Notes: generated by a model not told the origin, from the letters alone. DNA of 63,988 nucleotides, filler included, from Octopus bimaculoides (GCF_001194135.2; 4 parts of 4 records of this genome joined end to end with filler, not necessarily neighbours in it), one strand, 5' to 3'. Numbered from the whole stretch's first letter, positions 27,142 through 39,155 are shown. Numbers and translations are program-made.

Positions 27142-27949
27142 NNNNNNNNNNNNNNNNNNNNNNNNNNNNNNNNNNNNNNNNNNNNAAGAATAAAAGGTTA
27201 AACTTTATATATATATACAAAGTTTTGATTTAAAAAAAACTTTAACGATATTATAAACTATAAAGATTAATAATTAATCAAATAATATTAATCAAAAATA
27301 ATCGAAAATATATCAACACTATTCCAATCGAAGTTCTAATATTATGTTGAAATGAAACTATAACTCCTAAATAATATAGTGTTAAATAAGTTATCTATTA
27401 AAATAATCTATAAAGAACCAAATGAATAGTATAAAAACAAGAATACATATTATTTTCAAATAGTAGAAAATCTTTAGCAAAGTGAAAACAGTACTTATCC
27501 AAATTTTTCCGTAATAAATAAATAAATACATAAATGCCTGTATGTATACATCTATACGTGTGTTTGCATATATGTATATATGTAAGTATGTATGTTTGTA
27601 TATGCATATATACGTAGATATGTATATATATGGGTGGGGATGTGTTCCTGTGAGTCGACGTGTGTAAGAAAATTCACATTAACAGTAATTGATGGCAAGA
27701 ATATTCAGGTGAATTATGCTCTTTAACTGCCACCGTTTTTCTGCCCCNNNNNNNNNNNNNNNNNNNNNNNNNNNNNNNNNNNNNNNNNNNNNNNNNNNNN
27801 NNNNNNNNNNNNNNNNNNNNNNNNNNNNNNNNNNNNNNNNNNNNNNNNNNNNNNNNNNNNNNNNNNNNNNNNNNNNNNNNNNNNNNNNNNNTCTGTAATA
27901 GGGACCAACCCTTCATCACATCAGTTTGTACTTGCTTCAACTTTCACAG

Positions 27950-28980
27950 CACAATGGACACATCAAATGGAGAAGGCAAGAGAAGGAAAAAAAAAACTGT
28001 CTTTTATATATACGCCATAAAGATAATTGAAACGACGACGACGACGGCGACTGCACTAACAACAACAACAATATCGACATCTACAGTAACAACAGCAGCA
28101 GCAGCATCATATTCAACAGCAGCTTCGGTATCACTACCGGAACCACCATCATCGTCATCGTAATCATCATCATCACCATTATTAACAACAACATCGATAT
28201 CACCGCCCTCACCACCGTCGTCATCATCGTCATCATCATTTTCATCGTCGTCATCGTCATCATCATCATCATCATCATCATCATAATCATCATCATCATC
28301 ATCATCATCATCATTTTCATCGTCGTTGTTGTCATCAACATCGTCGTGAACACTATAGTAGCAATGGCATCATAATCAACAGTACCAATAACATCACTAT
28401 CTTCATCATCATCATCATAGATATTACCGTCCTCCTCTTCTTCTTCTTCCTCTTCCTCTTCCTCCTGCTCCTCCTCCTTCTCGCCTCCCCTCCTCCTTAT
28501 CATCACCGTCATCATCACTTCCATGAACACAACAACAACAACAACAACATCACAATGAACACAACAACATCATGATGAACACTGTCCACAGTATCATCAT
28601 TATCATCACCATCATCACCATCATCATCATCACCAGCAGCAGCAGCAGCATCATCATCACCATCGTCATCATCATGAACAATCAGAACTACCACCACCAC
28701 CACCACCACCACCATCAGCAGTAGTAACAACAACAACATCAACAACAGCAGTGGCAACAGTTGTATCATCATCTTCATCATCAACATCATCATCATCATA
28801 ATCATCCACCTCCTCAACACCTCCTCCACCTCATCAACCATCAGTAGCAGCATCGTTAACAATATCATCATCATCTACAACAGCAAAAACACTTATGTGG
28901 TGAAACCAGTTGCAACCACACAAACAATAGCAAGAATGACTGCAAGAACATCGGGAACATCAGCAATAAATACGAGAAAT

Positions 28981-29012
<32 letters not shown>

Positions 29013-29080
29013 AACAACAGCTGCCACAACTTTTACCACAGCAATAGCCACAACCATAAGTTCAACAATTACAAGTTGAA
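27950..29080. repeat. Compound trinucleotide array of CAT/CAA/CAC/CAG/CTT units
   Basis: Directly visible; source of the poly-M/T/H/L ORFs. Confidence 0.9.
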
Positions 29081-29330
29081 GAACAACTTTAAAATGCCGA
29101 GGAATATCGTTCCGCCATTATATTCTAATCCGGATTTGATTTTTAATGTTTATTTATAATTCATTTATTTAAATAAAGATTTCAATTCAAGTTTAAAATT
29201 TAGTTGAAGTTCTTGAAAATTTTCTAGTTTTCTAATTATTTTAGCTATTTTTGTAATTTTTGACCCTCTCTACATAGGTATGTACATTTATATGTGTGTG
29301 TGTATGTATAAATATATATATTTATACACA

Positions 29331-29366
<36 letters not shown>

Positions 29367-30150
29367 NNNNNNNNNNNNNNNNNNNNNNNNNNNNNNNNNN
29401 NNNNNNNNNNNNNNNNNNNNNNNNNNNNNNNNNNNNNNNNNNNNNNNNNNNNNNNNNNNNNNNNNNNNNNNNNNNNNNNNNNNNNNNNNNNNNNNNNNNN
29501 NNNNNNNNNNNNNNNNNNNNNNNNNNNNNNNNNNNNNNNNNNNNNNNNNNNNNNNNNNNNNNNNNNNNNNNNNNNNNNNNNNNNNNNNNNNNNNNNNNNN
29601 NNNNNNNNNNNNNNNNNNNNNNNNNNNNNNNNNNNNNNNNNNNNNNNNNNNNNNNNNNNNNNNNNNNNNNNNNNNNNNNNNNNNNNNNNNNNNNNNNNNN
29701 NNNNNNNNNNNNNNNNNNNNNNNNNNNNNNNNNNNNNNNNNNNNNNNNNNNNNNNNNNNNNNNNNNNNNNNNNNNNNNNNNNNNNNNNNNNNNATATATA
29801 AAGCGAAATTTACTAAATAGTGCAATGCAGTAGTATTGCTTCCCAGTAAAACAAAGCACCATCAGGTTAAAGTATAAATAAGAGCATGGTACAACAATGC
29901 ACCAATATTTACTGGAAATAGCAGTCGATAATATACGTCGCTATAGTAAAGCTTCACTGTATATATATATATATATATACAAGTATTGCTATCTGTTGGA
30001 GTTTTAGCACTTTAACTACTATTTCTAGATTTCGGTATGTGGTGAAGCAACTGTTGCTGATCCCTTAATTATGTATATATATATATACTGGCAAAAATGT
30101 TACCAGACAGCGAACATAAAAAAATTTCATCATACCTATAAATATTGGTG

Positions 30151-30414
30151 CGCCAACATCTCCTCAGTTATCCGGCCATGTGTGTGTTTCGAGCGAGGGT
30201 GGTTTAGTATATACATATAGGCGAATGTACGGATTGGTGCGCTTACGCGAACACTATAGACTTTTCTACTCCCTTACCTTTACCCTCTCTCCTTACTTAG
30301 CGGTCTATAGCTCTTTTGTCTTAATAACGGTCAACCACACAGTAATTTCCCTTTGTTTAACGGTCATTTTTCACAGGAATTTTCAATGGCCGGATAACTG
30401 AAGAGATGTTGGCG
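30151..30414. repeat. 29-bp inverted repeat pair (30151-30179 and 30386-30414, one mismatch)
   Basis: cgccaacatctcctcagttatccggccat versus atggccggataactgaagagatgttggcg. Confidence 0.9.
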
Positions 30415-30460
30415 TGGGTTCCCACCCCGGCATCCGAAACTCGGAGTTTTATCATGGCTA
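30387..30460 (+). ncRNA. Candidate type I hammerhead ribozyme (Penelope pseudo-LTR type)
   Basis: GATAA-CTGAAGA-stem II (GATGTTGG/CCGGCATC plus GTGG-GTTC-CCAC)-C-GAAAC-TCGGA-GT-T-TTATC. All core nucleotides are present; one extra C sits at the base of stem II. Confidence 0.7.
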
Positions 30461-31631
30461 CCGAATAAGTGTCACATATTTTTACAGATAATNNNNNNNN
30501 NNNNNNNNNNNNNNNNNNNNNNNNNNNNNNNNNNNNNNNNNNNNNNNNNNNNNNNNNNNNNNNNNNNNNNNNNNNNNNNNNNNNNNNNNNNNNNNNNNNN
30601 NNNNNNNNNNNNNNNNNNNNNNNNNNNNNNNNNNNNNNNNNNNNNNNNNNNNNNNNNNNNNNNNNNNNNNNNNNNNNNNNNNNNNNNNNNNNNNNNNNNN
30701 NNNNNNNNNNNNNNNNNNNNNNNNNNNNNNNNNNNNNNNNNNNNNNNNNNNNNNNNNNNNNNNNNNNNNNNNNNNNNNNNNNNNNNNNNNNNNNNNNNNN
30801 NNNNNNNNNNNNNNNNNNNNNNNNNNNNNNNNNNNNNNNNNNNNNNNNNNNNNNNNNNNNNNNNNNNNNNNNNNNNNNNNNNNNNNNNNNNNNNNNNNNN
30901 NNNNNNNNNNNNNNNNNNNNNNNNNNNNNNNNNNNNNNNNNNNNNNNNNNNNNNNNNNNNNNNNNNNNNNNNNNNNNNNNNNNNNNNNNNACACACACAC
31001 ACACGCACACACACGCTCACACACACGCTCACATACATAATCACGCGCGTGCAAGCGCTAACTTAAGTTTTCGTTAACGCTAGCTTACTTCCACTTTGCA
31101 GGCAAACTCCCTCGGACGGCAATAATAGTAACAATAACCACAACAGCAACAGCAACAATTACAACATTAACAACAACAACAACGTCAGCAACAACAATAA
31201 TCCTAATAATCACTTTATTCTTTAATTCTGGCAAGAGTTCGAAGAGATACAAAAATTTGAAACTTTCACTAATGGTTACAGAAAAAGTGAAGACAAGCTT
31301 AGAAACAGGAAAAGGTGTGGTGAAAGACATACAACGCATCAATGTTCGTATTAAGGTCTTAAAGTACATATATTTTGACTGAAATAAATAAAATGTATGA
31401 TAAAACGCACAACTTAAAAAGAAATAAAACACGAACGATTTCTTGCTGAGTTGAGTTTAGCTACTCAAGAATCTTACTCATTAACCATTTCTCGAATTGT
31501 GTGCAAATGTAAGGAAATGCACCAGTAAGCATTCTTTGAAACATTTAGTGTTGAAAAAGCTCCGTCTTCGGGTGTGAACTTTTAAGTTCATTGTAATGAC
31601 TAGTTTCTTTTTACGAGTAATCTATCATATG

Positions 31632-32012
31632 TATGGTGGAGGCGCAATGGCCCAGTGGTTAGGGCAGCGGTCATAGGATCGCAGTTTCGATTCCCAGACC
31701 GGGTGTTGTGAGTGTTTATTGAGCGAAAACACCTAAAGCTCCACGAGGCTCCGGCAGGGGATGGTGGCGAACCCTGCTGTACTCTTCCACCACAACTTTC
31801 TCTCACTCTTACTTCCTGTTTCTGTTGTGCCTGTAATTCAAAGGGCCAGCCTTGTCACACTGTGTCACGCTGAATATCCCCGAGAACTACGTTAAGGGTA
31901 CACGTGTCTGTGGAATGCTCAGCCACCTGCACGTTAATTTTACGAGCAGGCTGTTCCGTTGATCGGATCAACTGGAACCCTCGACGTCGTAAGCGACGGA
32001 GTGCCAGCAAGC
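31632..32012 (+). mobile_element. SINE family 3, full length
   Basis: A-box TGGCCCAGTGG (31648-31658) and B-box-like GTTTCGATTCC (31684-31694); body matches 26815-27085. Confidence 0.9.
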
Positions 32013-32226
32013 ATCATTTGTATGTCGCTTATAAAATTTCAACTTATTGGTTGTGTCACTCTAACTCTTCGGAAGTCTGTGCCACCACAGATGCGTATTT
32101 TGTCTCTTAATTATTTGTTTCATTTTCAAAGGTTGGTTAATCATAGTTCTTCTATGTCCTCTTAATTTTCTTCGTTATCTTCCTGAGGAAGAATATTATT
32201 GTTTTGAAGAAACGGTTCCTTCTCAC

Positions 32227-32409
32227 CCATTTTTGTTGCTTTATGTTGAATCTTCTGGGGGTTTTTTTCCGAGATTTTCCCCCTTTTCTTCCGTTCGTAT
32301 TTTCACGGATAATATGTGGGTTTTTATCCTCAAACATTATTTCTTCCTCATCGCACAACGATGGAGTTGTACAATAGGTTTGTACTATCATGGGACGATG
32401 TTTGCTCAT
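32227..32409 (-). CDS. Candidate phase 0-0 exon (MSKHRPMIVQTYCTTPSLCDEEEIMFEDKNPHIIRENTNGRKGGKSRKKTPRRFNIKQQKW)
   Basis: AG immediately before ATG, donor TGG|gtgaga, 183 nt; the only open frame from that acceptor. No recognised homology. Confidence 0.25.
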
Positions 32410-33682
32410 CTATTTTTAATGTAATATAAAAAGATATTTTGCTTGTCATCCCCAACCTTTTGGCTGACGTTGATATGGAAACTAGGGTTTGTTTTTATTT
32501 TTATTATTACTGTTGTCTCCATTATTGCCGCTCCTTTTCTATTTAGATTTTCCAATTCTTAGCGGCTATAAGCTTTATAACAAATGTAGTGATTAAGCTT
32601 TGGCTTCTGCCATCATTAATCTCATACCCTTTGTCTCAGTACCTTCAACTGAGCGCAGCTCTGGAATGGATTCGGATGTGAATAGGAATATGAAGTTCGT
32701 TTTGGCGGCCTTGGCTACATGTTGCCTACTTTATCCCAACTGTCACCACTTGCCCATACTGCTGTACAAAAGTGACGGCAAGGAACGTATCTATGACATT
32801 TCCGATGTCTCTTGTTGTCACACTTGTATTTTTTTTTACCTAAGTACTGAAGCACAGATGCATAGTCATAAATAGTCTGACAATTTCAACTTGTGTTTTG
32901 GCTCAGTCTTTAGTCCTAAAAGTACAACAGATAGTGCAACAGTATTTGTCCTTTTCAGTTGAAAGGACTTCTCCTAAGTTGTCCTGAAATGTTTGTTGTA
33001 CTTATTGTCATGAGTGTATGTTTAGTACACTACCACAGAAGCAGAGTTATATACATTTTCTCTTGGTTTAGGTCCTGTTGAATTTTACAAAATTCTCACA
33101 TCTATGTTTATTTTCTCTGGTAACTGTCATAGCCTAAAAATTCTATTTCTTCGGTTTGTGTCAAAGAAAGATTCACTTTGATACAATTTCACGACCATCG
33201 ACACCATCGTCACAATCATCATCATCACAATCACCATTGAAGCAGATTCGACGTTCATGTATTCTATGTGTTCGGCTCCATGTAAGAATCACCACTGCTG
33301 TTGTTCTTGCTGTCGTTGGCGATGTTTCTAACAGTATATTCAGAACTATTAGTTTTAGTCTTTGGTAGACATATTATATTTTTTGTCTGTAAATTGGTCA
33401 TTAAACAATTTTTCTCCCCCTTTTTGGTCGTTCATTCAAATGTTTTAATTTGCTTCTGCAATGTCCAGTCGTGTGACCTATGTACGTTGGCAGCGATTTT
33501 CGATGCGAAAAAGTAGTGTATGCTACGAAATAAATTTCAAAAAAGTGTGTAAAGGACATTTTTTTCTTTCAAAAGTACTTCAAAGAAAAATTTCATTTAG
33601 TAATGCTTGAATAGATCGAGTTTCGACACTATGAAACAAACGATGTCGTCACACAATAAATGAGTCAGTAGTAGTAGTAGTG

Positions 33683-33714
<32 letters not shown>

Positions 33715-34158
33715 GGTGGTGGTGGTGGTGATGATGATGATATTTCAAGATGGGCGATGGATGAAGTGATATTAAAAGAACAGGTTACTAAAAGTATGTA
33801 TGGTAGGAAAAGAAAATACCAGGAGTTGCTGAAAAGTTCCTGGATTTGGGTAAAAGAAAATACAGGAGGGTCAGGTAATTATGATTTTATTCAACATATT
33901 CCCCTCTGAGATTCACACACTTATTGCAGTGGTACTTCAGTTTTTCTAACCCCTGTAAAAATCCTCGGAAGGTTAGTTTGACTCTTTGTACAGTGTTTAC
34001 AAGTATAAGAGACGATATGGACCTTAGCACTTCGGCTTCTATCTTCGTTTGTCACTTAGGGTTCCTCTTGCGGTCTCGGTTCTGTTATGGTCGAGTGCTG
34101 TGGTGTTGTGTTGCAGTGTTCTGTTGCAGTGGTTTTGTAGACTTTGTGTTAATGATTA

Positions 34159-34350
34159 TTACCTCTGCCTTCACTAAGGCGGAGGTATTGTTTTCAGTCG
34201 TGTTTGTTTGCTTGTTTGTCCGTGGAGAAGATATTTCAAGAACCGTTGGATGGATTCGGATGAAACTTTCAGGAATGTTTGGCCTTGTAGCTGGCACGAA
34301 CTGATCAGATTTTGGGATCGATCCGAAACCGGACAAAGATTCTAGATTAT
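34159..34350 (+). mobile_element. Helentron-associated non-autonomous element (HINE/DINE-1-like), 5' half
   Basis: 5' hairpin ttacctctgcc...ggcggaggt, (TTTG)n tract and ggattcggatgaaactttc motif; colinear with 60479-60820. Confidence 0.7.
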
Positions 34351-34754
34351 TTGTTAAATTTACATTACTTTACATGAAATATTACAATCTTACGTTCAGT
34401 TTCAAGTCTTTCTCTGATTATCTCCCTTGAAAGCACGCTCATAGTTTCCACGTAAGTTATGGCAGTGTTACTGTTCTAAAGTTTTATTTTCGTTTCACTA
34501 TTATTAATTTTACTCGTGTCTCTATCTTAGTAGAAACTGATGGATAAAGAAATCAAACTACATAAACAAACGGCAGCAAAACCGTTCAGAGATTAAATAA
34601 CATTAACATATTCAGTAACAATAATAAATTTAATTTATCCTCAACAATTTTTAGTTTTACCAATTTTGAATATATTGTTCCTGTCCTGTTTAAAACCTCT
34701 TACCTACTTGACAATTGCATTTCTAGCTCAGCCTTGAAGGAAGCTTCACTTCTT

Positions 34755-34925
34755 AGACTCACGTTTTTGTGCTCAACGATGTTTTTAAACCTCCGTTAAC
34801 AGCACTGTATGCAGGACCTTTCCGTTTTCTTTCACGCACGGATATATTTTTCACTATAGATCTTAATGGTCGTAAGGACACTATATCAGTGGGTAGACTA
34901 AAAAAGGCCTTCATAGAGAAAACTG
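34755..34925 (+). pseudogene. Gypsy-type integrase C-terminal (GPY/F) fragment
   Basis: THVFVLNDVFKPPLTALYAGPFRFLSRTDIFFTIDLNGRKDTISVGRLKKAF matches the conserved PL...Y.GPF.V...TIDINGR.DTVS.DRLK.A pattern. Confidence 0.85.
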
Positions 34926-35008
34926 TCCCTGTTTCCACAGCAGATGACACACACACACAGCATTATAAACACTGCCCGCATGCCCACCTTCACATTCCAT
35001 GGCTACCA

Positions 35009-35240
35009 TTGGGATCGATCAGGTACCGGACAAGGATTCTGAATTATTTTTCCGGTTTTTTTTACTTAATTTTTGAGCGGTCGAATTCATTTTTGAGCGG
35101 TCGGGTTCATTTTTAGTATTCTCGTTTGTGAGAGCAGTCGAGTTTATTTCAGATATTCTAATTTTAAAAACCATCGGCTAATCATTGAGAGGACGTTGGT
35201 GGTGCCTTCGCGGAGGTTTGCGCTCTCTGAGTGCTTTTGT
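35009..35240 (+). mobile_element. HINE/DINE-1-like element, 3' half
   Basis: Colinear with about 60625-60820; ends ggaggtttgcgctctctgagtgctttt. Confidence 0.7.
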
Positions 35241-35259
35241 TTTGATTAATTATTATCAT

Positions 35260-35410
35260 CATCGTCCTCATCATCATTATCATCATCGTCGTCGTCGTCA
35301 ACACCACGACCATCACCACCACGACCATCACCACCACGACCATCACTACCACGACCATCAACACCATCATCACCATCGTCACCAACGTCATCATCATCAC
35401 AATCACCATT
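35260..35410. repeat. (CAT/CAC/CGT)n trinucleotide tract
   Basis: Directly visible; source of the poly-His ORF. Confidence 0.9.
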
Positions 35411-36354
35411 GAAGCAGATTCGACGTTTAATGGACAGGTGTCATCAATTGGACAGGTGTATAATAGAGAATCATGGTTCCATCTGAAATGCAAACTATTC
35501 TTCACACTACCGTCTCTAACTACGCTATCACAGGTCTACGTCTAGTTAACTAATTCTCTAATACTACTTCATCCAGTCCTCCATCTACATTACTAAATAT
35601 CCATATTGATATAAAACAGTTTTATTGAATACGTTCGTAAATGAATTATTTCAACCTCCCTCGTATATGATGGTTGATATATTGAATGTATGGAGGAACA
35701 AACTAGGGAATAAAGGGGTGGGGAAGGAACAATATTAGTCATTGACTAACCTTGTTTTGATTCTTTCAGCAAAGATGGAAAATAACTCCCAACATGTTCC
35801 GGTATTACAAGACCTTATCAGTAAAACATAGTTATTACTATCCTTGCCAAAGCAAGGATGAGACAATCACTTAGTATCACGTAGTAAGAGAGAGATATTT
35901 CAAAGAATAAACTATTAGGTGTAATCCGTTTGATAAAAATAATAGATAAGTAGTTATTTACATAGAACCTGTTCTCTCATGTTGTGTGCCAAGTGGGTAT
36001 TCATTAACTCGTTCCTGTCTTATTTCAGTCATTACATATTCTCGAGCTATCTAACCAATATTACTTTGCCATACAAAATTATATTTATAGGACTGTGTTA
36101 TTCTTTTACCATTCGATTCAATGACGCCAGTAAATAGACGATTCAGCCAGCATATTTACTTAAGTGGTTTGTTTACTTGTCATCCAGTAAGCTATGGGGA
36201 CGCTATACTACACCAATAAAGCAAGAAGAAAGGCGCCTTCCATACTTGCCAGGAAAAATATCTTTGATATTTTTTTTTCACTACAAGCACTAAACAAACA
36301 ATTGAAACTATTCAGGAATCATGGGGGAAAGTGATAGCAGTTGTGTGAGGGTAG

Positions 36355-36720
36355 TCTAGCAGAAGATTTTGCCTCAACGCACTAATGATTTTAGTAGCTT
36401 CAAAAATCTAGCCAACAAAATAATCTATGATGAAGTTACAACCATTGGAAGAGACCTTGGCTTCGACGATGTTGATTAGGGAGCTGTTCTCGAATTATTT
36501 GGCGTCTCATTGAAATGACTGAAGTGACGATAGCTTCATTGAAATCTAAACATAGACAGGAATATGAAGAGGAGAAGAACGTGAAGAAATAGAAATCGTC
36601 TCTAAGGAAATAACAGCGAAATGACTCGATGAATAATTCCAGGATATAGAGTTGACCAACCAATGTTTAATGGAGATGGATGCGAACATCGACAGAAGTA
36701 TGTTCGTCCACCGAGGTTTG
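36355..36720 (+). pseudogene. Tigger/pogo transposase C-terminal fragment
   Basis: *QKILPQRTNDFSSF...IGRDLGFDDVD*GAVLELF and EITAK*LDE*FQDIE...EMDANIDRSMFVHRGL resemble the Tigger1/TIGD tail; multiple stops and frameshifts. Confidence 0.7.
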
Positions 36721-37169
36721 CTTTAATCAAATTGTTATCATTAAAAGTATGCACAGAAAATGGCTCTTGATGAATTTTATCTAAAAAAGAATAAATGATT
36801 TACAGTAATTCCAATGTGTTTGTTTTATCATATTTTTTTAAAGGATAAATTATAATTATTCTCATTGATTATTCAATCTGATAAGAGTAGTTTTCATACA
36901 TGGAGGAAGAGGGCGGAGGTTAATTAATAACGTTCAACGAAGGGTAGCTGTATTTAGTTTAGATCCTTAATGTTAATCTTACAATATGTTAATTTAATAT
37001 TCCAATATGTTAAGACCAAATGGCTTGTTCATAAACTGATCCTTGCTATGGCAAGAATATTTCCCAAAACTCTGAGACAACCAAATATTGATTGATTTAT
37101 CTTTCTCACTATCAATAATCTCATGAGTGATAGAAATAGCCATAAACAACCTCTTTATCTCTTTCAATG

Positions 37170-37306
37170 TTTTCCTTTGTAGTTGTTGCTGTTGTTGTTG
37201 TTGTTGTTGTTGTTGCTGCTGCTGGTGTTTTTGTTGTTGCTTTTGTTGTTATTGTTGTTGTTGCTGCTGATGTGGTTGTTATTGTTGTTCATGATGAAGA
37301 TGATGA

Positions 37307-37339
<33 letters not shown>

Positions 37340-37365
37340 TGAGGACGATGATGATGATGATATTA
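37170..37365. repeat. (GTT)n/(GAT)n/(GAC)n compound trinucleotide repeat
   Basis: Directly visible. Confidence 0.95.
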
Positions 37366-37810
37366 CTGTAATTCAATGTGGTGTTCCAGCTGTGTTGATC
37401 CCATCTTTTTTGTCAAACATAATGTAAAATAACATTATCTAAAGCGTTCTTCCCTTTTTAAAAAAGTGATAGGGAATAATTTGAGGAACATCAGGTTACT
37501 ATTTCTTGCACAGTGAATAACTTCATTGAGAATTCCTCGCTACCACACAGCTTTCGTTAGTATGCGTTTACATAGACACGGCTCTAAATATAAATTAAAT
37601 GGCTGTATTTGGTCAGTTACCTATATATCATTGGCCCAAATATGTGTTTACCTTATAGCTTAAAGTGTTGCTCATAATGATTCTTGTTCATAGGAAACTT
37701 GACAGGTTTCCGCTGTAGACTAGTTAGTTTCAGCCACGATCCACAATACATTGTAGAACGATGATGTAACTGTCATTCAAGATATCAGGTTGGCTGCGCG
37801 CCTAGTTAAA

Positions 37811-39041
37811 TATTGGGTCATCTCATAAATAATGGTTTTTTTTAATACTTCTTTTATTTTTTAAAATTAAGATAAAAAAAGTTCTTTTTAAATCTTAAAT
37901 ATACTCTCCTTCATTTTCTACAATGCTCTTCCATCTGTCTGGTAGACTTGCAAAGCTCCTCTTCCAATATTCATTTGTCCGTGACGAAAAACACTCCTCC
38001 ATTTCTGTTCTGATCTCGTCTACAGAATTCATATCTTTTTTTCCGTCCAAATGATTTTGGAGGCTGCAGAATAAATGATAATCAGATGGGGCAATGTCCG
38101 GCGAATTTGATGGTTGGGGCATCGTTTCCCATTCAAACTGCTCCAGCCTTTGGTATGTCATCCTCGATGTATGTGGTTGAGAATTATCCTGATGGAAGAA
38201 CACCTTTCGTCTTCAAACCAAAAATGGTCATTTTTCTTCTAGCGCTGACTTGAACTGCTCAAGCTGCTCGCAGTAGATCTCCTTTGTTGTCGTTTGGGTT
38301 GGGTTTAAAAGTTCAAAGTGGACTAAATCTTTCACATCCCACCAAACAGATAACAACACCTTATGTGGGTGAAGACCTTCTTTAGCCTAGGGTGCCGGTG
38401 TTTCTTTTTCCCTACCCTTCGGCGCTTGACATTTTTATAGGGAACCCATTTCTCGTTTTCAGTCACTATTCGGTCCAAAAAAAGGTTCATTCATGAGATG
38501 TGACATCAAAGAAGAGCACACATTCACCCTCTGCGTGCGATTAGACTGGGAAAGTTTGTGAAGAATCCATTGACCCAATTTGCTGACTTTTCCGATGGCA
38601 CGCAGGTGTTGATGAATGGTTGAACGACCAAATCCAAACGTCTCTGCTAGTTCCCCAACAGTTGCGATGAGATTTTGTTCCATCAGGGTTCGCAAAACGT
38701 CCTTGTGGAACTCTACAGATCTTCCTAGAACCACCGTTAACACTGGCTTACGTTTATACTGCTTTAATATTCCTTGCACTCTCCGTTGCGTTGTTGCCTT
38801 TATTGAACTCATAAAACAAAATATGCCGAATAAGCTCCTTTGTCATTCCCGTTATAGCTTTGAAAAAATAACTTTTAGAATCGAACTGCACTCTTCAAAA
38901 CTTGCACTAAGAATAAAGTCAAGTTAAAATTACTACCTGCTTTTATAGCAAGTTGATGCGGCTAGTTTATCCTGCCCCCCCCCCCTTGACTTTTAGTTCA
39001 AGCAATTGAAAGAACCGCATTATTTATCGGATGACCCAATA
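37811..39041 (-). mobile_element. Near-full-length defective mariner transposon (DD34D)
   Basis: TIRs (ta)ttgggtcatc(tc/cg)ataaataatg at both ends with TA. Transposase pieces: MTKELIRHILFYEFNKG (start 38846), WILHKL (cf. WVPHEL), HQDNSQPH, then NSPDIAPSDYHLF with 34 residues between the two D. Stops and frameshifts present. Confidence 0.95.
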
Positions 39042-39155
39042 CTTTATTTCGTAACCACGAGGTTCCGGGCTCAATTCCCCTCGGGCATCTATCAGGTAAT
39101 AGGTCTAAGAACAATCGGCTGGAACTTATTTGTCAAAATAAGTATTGGTCAAAAG

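Noticed and set aside
28081-28874. Poly-Met/Glu/Leu/Asp ORFs
   Set aside because: Antisense readings of the CAN trinucleotide array, with no domain content.
31632-31700. tRNA gene
   Set aside because: A and B boxes are present but there is no complete cloverleaf, and it continues into a repeated SINE body.
35185-35412. His-rich 75-aa ORF
   Set aside because: It starts in the HINE 3' end and continues in a (CAT/CAC)n tract.
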